Assembly (NCBI GenBank): GCA_934725085.1
Contig: CAKVAL010000003.1
Span: forward strand, 22,894-86,893
DNA from: an uncultured Erysipelotrichaceae bacterium
GTDB taxonomy: Bacteria; Bacillota_I; Bacilli_A; Erysipelotrichales; Erysipelotrichaceae
Reading direction: 5' to 3'
Length of the DNA stretch: 64,000 nt
The translations under genes and the position numbers were made by a program. Of this stretch, positions 7,690-15,028 are shown piece by piece. The notes under the pieces were generated by a model, which had not been told where the DNA came from, searched no databases, and worked only from the letters and a program-made list of their open reading frames with translations. The first letter of the stretch is position 1. The number at the start of each line of letters is the position of its first letter.

Positions 7690-7720
7690 ATACAACACCA
7701 TACAACATCCATACAACACA
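7690..7720. repeat. three tandem ATACAACA repeats in the IS right subterminal region
   Basis: ATACAACAcc ATACAACAtcc ATACAACAca. An inverted copy GTGTTGTATGG lies at 5787-5797 near the left end. Confidence 0.7.
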
Positions 7721-7754
7721 AAAAAATAATAACTTGACATAAAAAAAGCAGCAA

Positions 7755-7835
7755 TTAAGCCACTTTAGAACATTTTATTGATTTACAAGTGTCAAAGTAC
7801 CGTGTTACAGGGGTTAATTTTTTTAATGTGTTCAT
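7755..7835 (-). pseudogene. chimeric ORF: duplicated gntR codons 1-11 fused to IS end sequence
   Basis: ATG at 7835 gives MNTLKKLTPVT (identical to the gntR start), then 15 IS-derived codons to a TAA at 7755. Confidence 0.6.
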
Positions 7836-7917
7836 GCATTTATTGTAGCAAACATTAAGAATTTAAGCTAAAAATAAAGCTTTTGTTGTTGAATTGCCTA
7901 TTTAAAAGTTATACAAT
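7803..7917. repeat. 115-bp direct repeat, right copy
   Basis: Identical to 5590-5704. Confidence 0.95.
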
Positions 7918-7921
7918 GTAT
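7889..7921 (+). promoter_or_regulatory. PTS operon promoter with overlapping palindrome (candidate GntR operator)
   Basis: TTGAAT (7889-7894), a 17-bp spacer, then TACAAT (7912-7917). The palindrome ATACA-A-TGTAT at 7911-7921 overlaps the -10 box. Confidence 0.5.
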
Positions 7922-7965
7922 TTAGTTAATACAATAGATGACAATATAAAACTATGGAGGAAATC

Positions 7966-8382
7966 ATGAAGAGAAAAGTAGTCTTAGCATCTCATGGAGA
8001 ACTAAGCGAAGGTATCGTTAAAAGTGCCAAGATGATTATAGGGGAATTTGAATATGAGGTAATAACTTATACACTACAACTAGGTCATCATCCAGATGAG
8101 TTTAAGGATGTGTTAGAAGAAGAAATTATGGCTAATGCTGATGTTGAGTATGTTATTATGGTTGATTTATTTGGGGCTAGTGTTGCGAATTCTTTATTTA
8201 TACTTACTTCATATAAAAATGTCAAGATGTTCACTGGTATGAACTTGAATATGCTTCTTTCAGTTCTTGTTGAATATAAGAGTGAATTAAGTGATGCTGA
8301 TGTTGAAAATATCGTAAATGATTCAAGGCTTGGTGTGAGAAGTTTAAAGAATGATATTTTAACTGATAATGAAAATTTTTAA
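7966..8382 (+). CDS. PTS mannose-family EIIA component
   Basis: MKRKVVLASHGELSEGI contains the active-site His context. GGAGG lies 5 nt upstream of the ATG at 7966. Confidence 0.85.
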   Translation: MKRKVVLASHGELSEGIVKSAKMIIGEFEYEVITYTLQLGHHPDEFKDVLEEEIMANADVEYVIMVDLFGASVANSLFILTSYKNVKMFTGMNLNMLLSVLVEYKSELSDADVENIVNDSRLGVRSLKNDILTDNENF

Positions 8383-8397
8383 GGAAAGGAGGAACAA

Positions 8398-9141
8398 ATG
8401 GAGAATAAGAATTTTTTAGGTCTTTTCAAAAACAAGAAGCCAATTATCGCAATGTTACACTTAAAAGGTGATAGCAGAGAAGAAGTATTTAATAGATTTA
8501 AAAACGAATTAAATACTTATGTCAGATCTGGTGTGGATGCGGTTATAGTGGAAACATACTATGGTGACTATGACAATATGGTAGATGCCTTGGAATATTT
8601 ATCTAAAATTGATTTAGGTATTCCATATGGTATCAATTGTTTAAATGTTGATCATATGGGTTTCTATCTTGCGAAGAAGTATAATGCTTCTTTTGTGCAA
8701 GTTGATTCTGTAGTAGGCCATGTTAAGCCAAGAGATGAGGCTACTATACAAGCTTTTTTTGATGTTGAAAGAAGCGATTATGATGGATGTCTAATTGGTG
8801 GTGTAAGATTTAAGTATCAACCTATGTTGTCTGTTAATTCACTTGAAGAAGATTTAAAGATCGCTACAGGTAGATGTGATGGAATTTGCGTTACTCAAGA
8901 TCGCACAGGACAGGAAACTTCAATGGCTAAGATAGTTGAATTTAGAAATTACTTAAATGATTTCCCACTAATTGTTGCTGCTGGGGTGACTAAGGATAAT
9001 TTAGAAAAGTCATTAAGCGTTTGTGATGCAGCTATTGTGGGTAGTTATTTCAAGGACAACTATAAGGATGAAGGCGAAGTTTGTGAAGAACATGTTAAAG
9101 AATTTATGGAAACAGTAAGGGAGTTACGTAATCATGGTTAA
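8398..9141 (+). CDS. BtpA/SgcQ-family TIM-barrel protein
   Basis: KPIIAMLHLKGD matches the N-terminal motif of the BtpA/SgcQ family as I remember it. The family is also found in the E. coli sgc PTS cluster. Confidence 0.55.
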   Translation: MENKNFLGLFKNKKPIIAMLHLKGDSREEVFNRFKNELNTYVRSGVDAVIVETYYGDYDNMVDALEYLSKIDLGIPYGINCLNVDHMGFYLAKKYNASFVQVDSVVGHVKPRDEATIQAFFDVERSDYDGCLIGGVRFKYQPMLSVNSLEEDLKIATGRCDGICVTQDRTGQETSMAKIVEFRNYLNDFPLIVAAGVTKDNLEKSLSVCDAAIVGSYFKDNYKDEGEVCEEHVKEFMETVRELRNHG

Positions 9142-9604
9142 ATTAACAAGAGTGGATCACCGTTTATTACATGGTCAAGTTGTTTTTAAGTGGTCAAAGG
9201 TTTTAGGCATTGATTGCATATTGATTGCTAATGATGCGGTAGCTAAAGATGAATTAAGAATGACTGCCTTACGTATGGCAAAACCAAGCACATGTAAGTT
9301 AGTAATTAAGAGTGTTGATGATTCAATTAAAGCACTAAATTCTGGTGTAACTGATAAGTACAAATTATTAATTATCACAGAATCAATCAAGGATGCTTAT
9401 GCGTTAGCTAAGTCGGTGCCTGAAATTAAATATATTAATTTAGGTGGTGCTAAGATTGCTGATGATAGAAAACAAATATCTAAGGCAATGTTTGTGTCTG
9501 AAGAAGATATTAAAATGATTAAGGAACTAAATGAAGATGGCGTTAAACAAGAGATTCAAATGGTTCCGGAAGACGTAGTAGAAGATGTTATGTCTTTAAT
9601 TTAA
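9134..9604 (+). CDS. PTS mannose/sorbose-family EIIB component
   Basis: LTRVDHRLLHGQV phospho-His motif. Confidence 0.9.
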   Translation: MVKLTRVDHRLLHGQVVFKWSKVLGIDCILIANDAVAKDELRMTALRMAKPSTCKLVIKSVDDSIKALNSGVTDKYKLLIITESIKDAYALAKSVPEIKYINLGGAKIADDRKQISKAMFVSEEDIKMIKELNEDGVKQEIQMVPEDVVEDVMSLI

Positions 9605-9620
9605 AAATTAGGAGGATAAA

Positions 9621-10397
9621 ATGACTGAGGGTCTATTTTTAAAGGCTGTATTGTTGTTTCTTGTAGCTTTTGTTGGTTACATGCACTCTTATTGGGGTTC
9701 AACAATGCACAATCGTCCACTTATTATGGGTACACTAGTTGGACTTGTATTAGGTGATGTTAAAACGGGTATTATTATTGGTAGTACATTGGAATTAGCT
9801 TTCTTAGGAGCCGTTCCTATTGGAGCAAGTAATCCGCCAGATATGACTGCTGGTGCTGTTATTGCGACTGCGTTTACAATTCTAACTGGTGCTGATAGTG
9901 GTATGGCGGTTACTATTGCGATTCCGGTTGCTGCACTAGTTGCGTTATTTGATAATTTCCAAATGATGTTTCTCTTAACTCAAGCTGGTCATATGTGTGA
10001 TAAAGCTGCTGCTAATGGTGATTATAGAAAAGTTGAGAAGATTGCTAGAATCTCTAGTATTGGTAATAAGGCTCTTTTAGCTTTACTTGTAGCACTTGGA
10101 TTCTATTTTGGTTCATCAGCTATCGAAACTTTCGTCAACTGGGTACCGGAATGGGTATCTCACGGTATGGATGTTGTAGCGGGTATTCTTCCAGCACTAG
10201 GTATTGCGATGTTGGCTAAGATGATTGTCTCTAAGGATAACTGGGGCTATTTAGGATTGGGCTTCTTAATTAGTGCTTATTTAGGTGTTCCAACATTAGG
10301 CGTAGCTTTAGCCGGTATTTGTGTTGGTAGCTTGGTTTTATTCTCTGAATTACGCAAGGGTAAGGAGGTATCTTTCAATGATGACAATGAATTCTAA
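9621..10397 (+). CDS. PTS mannose/fructose/sorbose-family EIIC component
   Basis: Polytopic membrane protein with EIIC-Man-like sequence. AGGAGG RBS. Confidence 0.85.
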   Translation: MTEGLFLKAVLLFLVAFVGYMHSYWGSTMHNRPLIMGTLVGLVLGDVKTGIIIGSTLELAFLGAVPIGASNPPDMTAGAVIATAFTILTGADSGMAVTIAIPVAALVALFDNFQMMFLLTQAGHMCDKAAANGDYRKVEKIARISSIGNKALLALLVALGFYFGSSAIETFVNWVPEWVSHGMDVVAGILPALGIAMLAKMIVSKDNWGYLGLGFLISAYLGVPTLGVALAGICVGSLVLFSELRKGKEVSFNDDNEF

Positions 10398-11205
10398 TAA
10401 GAAGACAGCTATCACAAAAAAAGAATTTAGACAAATGTTTACAAGATCATGTACATTAGATTCTGCTTGGAACTATGAACGTCAACAACATATTAACTAT
10501 TGTTACATGATGATTCCTGTTTTGAAAAGATTATATGGTGATGATAAAGAGGCAATGGCTAAGGCTTTAAATAGACACTTAGAATTCATGTCTTGCACAC
10601 CACATTTAGTAAGTTTTTTAGGCGGTATTACTGCTGCTATGGAAGAGGAAAATGTTAATAATCCAGAATTTGATGAAACATCTATCAGTTCTGTTAAAAC
10701 ATCATTAATGGGACCTATTGCTGGTGTGGGTGATAGTTTCTTCTGGGGAACACTATTAACTATTGCCGTTGGTATTGGTACATCTTTAGGTGCTAATGGA
10801 AGTATTATGGGACCAATCCTATTCTTCTTAACTATTAATGTTCCAGGATTCTTATCTAGATATTATGGTTTAAAAGTTGGTTATGGCTATGGTACTAAGT
10901 TTTTCTCCACTTTAAATGAAGGTGGTCTTATTGAAACAATTACTAAAGCTGCATCTGTTTTGGGCTTGTTGGTAATTGGCTCAATGATTCCTGCTCAAGT
11001 CGCAATCGAGACACCAATTGAATTAACTATTGGTTCAATGGTTACTCCATTACAAGGCTATTTCAATGATATTATGCCTGCATTATTGCCATTAGCAGCA
11101 TTTGGTATTATGTATACTATGTTAGGTAAGAAGGTTAAGCCTACAACTATTCTTCTTGGTTTAGTGATATTTGGCTTAGTTACATCATACTTTGGCATTT
11201 TATAA
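10378..11205 (+). CDS. PTS mannose-family EIID component
   Basis: The WNYERQQHINYCYMM motif is typical of EIID. AAGGAGG lies 9 nt before the ATG at 10378. The track start at 10321 lies inside EIIC. Confidence 0.85.
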   Translation: MMTMNSNKKTAITKKEFRQMFTRSCTLDSAWNYERQQHINYCYMMIPVLKRLYGDDKEAMAKALNRHLEFMSCTPHLVSFLGGITAAMEEENVNNPEFDETSISSVKTSLMGPIAGVGDSFFWGTLLTIAVGIGTSLGANGSIMGPILFFLTINVPGFLSRYYGLKVGYGYGTKFFSTLNEGGLIETITKAASVLGLLVIGSMIPAQVAIETPIELTIGSMVTPLQGYFNDIMPALLPLAAFGIMYTMLGKKVKPTTILLGLVIFGLVTSYFGIL

Positions 11206-11255
11206 AAAGAGCGATTTTAAATATCGTTTTAACATCTTTGGTTTTAAAACAAATG

Positions 11256-11400
11256 TGTGAAATGGTTCTTGATAACCGCAAACAAAAACCCGACATATGA
11301 ATGTTGGGTTTTCTTATACTTCTTTGTGGCTATTCTCACTACTTAAACAGTAATGTAAATATAAAGATACTTCCTAATAAACATAAAATTCCTAGACCAT
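11256..11400. repeat. internally deleted third copy of the 4255-4890 module (includes terminator 11284-11313)
   Basis: It retains TGAAATGGTTC (11268-11278), the AAAAACCCGACA/TGTTGGGTTTT hairpin, CTTCTTTGTGG (11319-11329), the last codons ..TLLFK* and the SD-like CTTCCT (11370-11375). Most of the ORF is missing. Confidence 0.7.
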
Positions 11401-11510
11401 ATATAAAAATATTGCCTAAATGGGTTTGACTATGTTATCATACTTAAGCGTTGTTCCGCTTTTCATGTTGATTATGAACAACATTATTACATGTTAAAAG
11501 GAGAAGAAAG

Positions 11511-11858
11511 ATGAATTTAAATTTAGTAAATGAAATTACTAAGGATCAATTAAAGACTGATCTTCCAGAAATCAAAGCTGGTATGACAGTAAGAGTTGAC
11601 GTAAGAATTAAGGAAGGCGACAAGTCTCGTATCCAAGCATTCGAAGGTGTTGTAATTAAGGTTCAAGGTAGTGGTATCGGTGAAACTTTCACAGTTAGAA
11701 AGTTATCAAGTGGTGTAGGTGTTGAAAGAACATTCCCTATGCATTCACCAGTTATCGATAAGGTTACAGTATTAAGAGTTGGTAAGGTTAGAAGATCTAA
11801 GCTTTATTACTTAAGAAACCGTTCTGGTAAGTCAGCTAGAATTAAAGAAGTTCGTTAA
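11511..11858 (+). CDS. rplS: 50S ribosomal protein L19
   Basis: Canonical L19 sequence ([24 protein letters not shown]). Confidence 0.97.
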   Translation: MNLNLVNEITKDQLKTDLPEIKAGMTVRVDVRIKEGDKSRIQAFEGVVIKVQGSGIGETFTVRKLSSGVGVERTFPMHSPVIDKVTVLRVGKVRRSKLYYLRNRSGKSARIKEVR

Positions 11859-11866
11859 TTTGATTA

Positions 11867-11892
11867 AAAGAGTCGCCCAGTGCGACTTTTTT
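11867..11892 (+). terminator. intrinsic terminator after rplS
   Basis: AGTCGC/GCGACT stem extended by A-T pairs, followed by TTTTTT. Confidence 0.7.
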
Positions 11893-11908
11893 AATGTAAT
11901 ATATCAGT

Positions 11909-12418
11909 ATGGGTAAAAAAATTATTGAAATTATTAAAGACTTTTTCCAAGTTGGAATAACCGCAATTATTGTAGTTTTTATTTGTTTTAAGTTTTTATT
12001 TATATCAGCACAAGTACATGGTACTAGTATGTATCCAACACTACAAACCAATGACCGTGGTTTTAGTTTTGTACTTACTAAAAATCTTGGTATTGAACGC
12101 TTTGATATCTGTGTTATTGATTCACCAAAGGCTAGTGAATTACTTGTTAAAAGGGTTATCGGGCTTCCTAATGACACTATCGCTTATATAAATAATATGT
12201 TATTTATCAATGGTGAATATGTGGAAGAAGAATTCTTGAGTGATGATGTCTATACTAATGATTTTGAGATAACTTTAGGTGAAAATGAATATTTCTGTTT
12301 AGGAGATAATCGTCCAGTTTCTAAGGATTCTAGATATTATGGGACTTTTAGTAAAGAAGAGATTAAATCAACTCATTTCTTTGTATATTATCCATTTAAT
12401 AGAATTGGAGTAAAGTAA
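11909..12418 (+). CDS. lepB: signal peptidase I
   Basis: GTSMYPTL (catalytic Ser), VKRVIGLPND (Lys box) and GDNRPVSKDSR motifs. Confidence 0.92.
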   Translation: MGKKIIEIIKDFFQVGITAIIVVFICFKFLFISAQVHGTSMYPTLQTNDRGFSFVLTKNLGIERFDICVIDSPKASELLVKRVIGLPNDTIAYINNMLFINGEYVEEEFLSDDVYTNDFEITLGENEYFCLGDNRPVSKDSRYYGTFSKEEIKSTHFFVYYPFNRIGVK

Positions 12419-12967
12419 ATGAATATTACAGTATATTTAGGTGCTAATTTTGGAAATGATTTGAGGTTAAAAACAGCTTGTGAAGAACTAGGAACCTGGA
12501 TTGGTAAGTCGGGTAATAATCTTGTATATGGTGGTTCTAAGTCTGGTTTAATGGGTGTATTAGCTGAAAATGTTTTAAAAAATGGTGGTGAAGTAATTGG
12601 TGTTGAACCTCAATTCTTCATTGATCAGGGCTTGGAGTATAAAGAAATTACTAAACTTTATATTACCGAAGATATGCCATCTAGAAGATCTAAGATGATT
12701 GAACTTGGCGATGCCTTTATCGCTTTCCCAGGTGGCACTGGAACTTTGGAAGAGATTGCGGAAGTAATGTGCAAGGTTTCTCTTAAACACTTAGATGCAC
12801 CATGTATTGTCTATAACTTGAATGGTTATTATGATGATTTAAAGGCTTTATTAAATAAGATGATTGACTATGATTTATCTTCTAAAGAGAAACAAGAAAG
12901 AATCTTTTTCTTGAATAACTTAGAAGAAATAATTGATGTGATAAATAAGTATAATGCAGTTGTCTAG
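12419..12967 (+). CDS. LOG-family (TIGR00730) nucleotide phosphoribohydrolase
   Basis: PGGTGTLEE motif and YGGSKSGLMG. Confidence 0.85.
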   Translation: MNITVYLGANFGNDLRLKTACEELGTWIGKSGNNLVYGGSKSGLMGVLAENVLKNGGEVIGVEPQFFIDQGLEYKEITKLYITEDMPSRRSKMIELGDAFIAFPGGTGTLEEIAEVMCKVSLKHLDAPCIVYNLNGYYDDLKALLNKMIDYDLSSKEKQERIFFLNNLEEIIDVINKYNAVV

Positions 12968-13017
12968 GCAACTGTTTTATTAACTTATGTTATATTTAAA
13001 GGTAGTGAGTGATAACT

Positions 13018-13095
13018 ATGGATAATGAAAATAAGGTAACAATAAACCGGTATATACCAACTTATGGAAAATTACTCATAAGCTTTCGTAAATAA
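13018..13095 (+). pseudogene. displaced duplicate of the rbgA 5' end
   Basis: 13018-13053 matches 13554-13589 at 35 of 36 positions (ATGGATAATGAAAATAAGGTAACAATAAAC.GGTAT). The frame then runs 25 aa into unrelated sequence. Confidence 0.75.
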
Positions 13096-13205
13096 AGAAT
13101 TTTTCTTTCTTGTGTTTAATAGTAAAAAATGATTTAAATTATTAAAACTTAATGGTAATTCCGTTTGATGGAAAACTAAGATTTTAGATATAGGAGATGA
13201 TAAAA

Positions 13206-13523
13206 GTGACAAAAGATTTAATTGTTAGAAGTAGCAGTGCGGAATTCTTAATATTTGAAAGGCAAACACACGATAAAGGAATTCAAGTTAGATTTGAATA
13301 TGGTGATTTGTGGTTAACACAGAAAGCTATCGGAGAACTATTTGATGTGGACAGAACAGTAGTTACCAAGCATATTAAAAATATATATTCTGAACTTGAA
13401 CTGAATGAAAATTCAACTAGTGCAAATTTTGCACTAGTTCAAAAAGAAGGTAATAGAGAGATTACTAGGAATGTATTATATTACAACTTAGATATGGTTA
13501 TTTCGGCACATCTAATCAAATAA
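13206..13523 (+). pseudogene. truncated RhuM-family protein fragment (N-terminal roughly 100 aa only)
   Basis: WLTQKAIGELFDVDRTVVTKHIKNIY..ELNENS..YYNLDMVIS matches the conserved RhuM N-terminal region. The ORF stops where full-length proteins (about 330 aa) continue. A GTG at 13206 has better SD spacing than the ATG at 13197. Confidence 0.65.
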
Positions 13524-13553
13524 TTTACAATTTATAAAAAGGAAGTGATAAAC

Positions 13554-14405
13554 ATGGATAATGAAAATAAGGTAACAATAAACTGGTATCCAGGTCATAT
13601 GGAAAAGGCCAGAAGACAAATGGAAGAACAGTTAAAACTGGTTGATATCATCATTGAAATAAGGGATGCTAGAATGCCTTTGGCAAGTGGTAATCCTTTA
13701 CTTGATGAGATGGCTAGTAATAAGGAAAGGCTAATCATTCTTAATAAGGCTGATAAGGCAGATCTTAAACAAAATGAATTGTGGATTAATGGTTTTAAGA
13801 ATGTAATTTTGTGTGACTCTTTAAATGAAAAGAATACTAAGAAGGTTGTTGATAAAGTTAAATTAATCTTAAAGGCTAAGCTAGATAAGGCAAGAGAAAG
13901 AGGCATTCGTAAGAAGGTTTTAAGAGCTATGGTGGTTGGTATACCTAATGTTGGTAAATCGACTTTTATTAATAATGTGGTTAAAAAGAAGGTTGCTAAG
14001 GCGGAAAATAGACCAGGAGTTACTAAGAATCTACAATGGATTAGAATTAACGAAGATGTTGAATTATTAGATACGCCAGGTGTTTTATGGCCTAAGATTG
14101 AAGACCAAAATCAAGCTATGATTTTAGCCTTATTAGGTAGTATGAACGATAAGATTTTAAATGAAGAATCTTTAGTTTATTTTGGCTTAAATTATATTAA
14201 AGATAATTATCCAGGCCTTTTAAATAAGCGCTATGGTGTTGATGAAAACAGTGCTGATTTAATCAATGAAATAGGCTTAAAGAAGATGTGGCTAACAAGT
14301 GATGGTGATGTTGATCGTCATAAGGCTTATAGCTTACTTTTAAAGGATATAAGAGAAAACAATATTGGAAGGATTACTTTTGAGAAATATGAGTCTATTG
14401 AATGA
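13554..14405 (+). CDS. rbgA: ribosome biogenesis GTPase A (YlqF/RbgA)
   Basis: INWYPGHMEKA, circularly permuted GTPase motifs (NKADK ... GIPNVGKST ... DTPG). Confidence 0.92.
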   Translation: MDNENKVTINWYPGHMEKARRQMEEQLKLVDIIIEIRDARMPLASGNPLLDEMASNKERLIILNKADKADLKQNELWINGFKNVILCDSLNEKNTKKVVDKVKLILKAKLDKARERGIRKKVLRAMVVGIPNVGKSTFINNVVKKKVAKAENRPGVTKNLQWIRINEDVELLDTPGVLWPKIEDQNQAMILALLGSMNDKILNEESLVYFGLNYIKDNYPGLLNKRYGVDENSADLINEIGLKKMWLTSDGDVDRHKAYSLLLKDIRENNIGRITFEKYESIE

Positions 14406-14997
14406 GTATGAGAACTTGTGTCTTGGTACAGATGATTTAGTAATGGGAATCGATGAAGCTGGCAGGGGTCCTTTGTGTGGGCCTCTTGTTGTGGCAGGTT
14501 GTGTTTTTCCTGTTGGCTATAATAACGAATTAATCAATGATTCTAAGAAGTTAAGTGAGAAGAAAAGGGATATCTTATATAATCAGATTGTTGAGGATGC
14601 TTTGTATTACTGTATAAAGATTGTTGAGCCTAAGGAAATTGATGAGCTTAATATCTATGCAGCAACCAAAAAAGCAATGAGTGAGATTGCCTCTTCTTAT
14701 GATGTGAAGTATGTTTTAACTGATGCGATGCCGATTGTTGATAATGAAAAGGTTATTCCTATTATTAAGGGTGATGCTAAGTCTATTTCAATTGCGGGAG
14801 CTTCTATTTTAGCTAAGGTCACAAGAGATAAGATAATGTATGAATATGATAAGTTATATCCTGAATATGAATATCGTAAACATAAGGGTTATCCTACTAA
14901 AAGACATCTTGAATTATTAAAGGAATATGGAATTTTTGATATCTATCGTATGTCATATGGACCTTGTAAGGATCCAAATTTAAAAAGAAGAGGGTAG
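14389..14997 (+). CDS. rnhB: ribonuclease HII
   Basis: GIDEAGRGPLCGPLV motif. The ATG at 14389 is preferred over the TTG at 14365. Confidence 0.92.
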   Translation: MSLLNEYENLCLGTDDLVMGIDEAGRGPLCGPLVVAGCVFPVGYNNELINDSKKLSEKKRDILYNQIVEDALYYCIKIVEPKEIDELNIYAATKKAMSEIASSYDVKYVLTDAMPIVDNEKVIPIIKGDAKSISIAGASILAKVTRDKIMYEYDKLYPEYEYRKHKGYPTKRHLELLKEYGIFDIYRMSYGPCKDPNLKRRG

Positions 14998-15028
14998 GAA
15001 TTTCTGATTTTCATCTCAATAATGGAGT

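Larger units (their letters stand above)
5705..7802 (-). mobile_element. IS1634-family insertion sequence (2098 bp)
   Basis: Bounded by the 115-bp direct repeats. Imperfect terminal inverted repeats share the core CTTTGACA (5705-5720 versus the reverse complement of 7787-7802). It carries a single 613-aa transposase. Confidence 0.85.

Noticed and set aside
7733-7802. Outward-facing promoter at the right IS end (TTGACA at 7733-7738; TTTACA near 7782-7787) that might activate the PTS operon.
   Set aside because: No acceptable -10 hexamer lies at 16-19 bp from either -35-like hexamer. The best hybrid candidate is TTACAG in the flank. The PTS operon keeps its own intact TTGAAT-17-TACAAT promoter.
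13197-13205. The ATG at 13197 as the start of the rhuM-like fragment.
   Set aside because: The GGAG (13193-13196) abuts this ATG with no spacer. The in-frame GTG at 13206 has normal 9-nt spacing. Either way the ORF is a truncated fragment.
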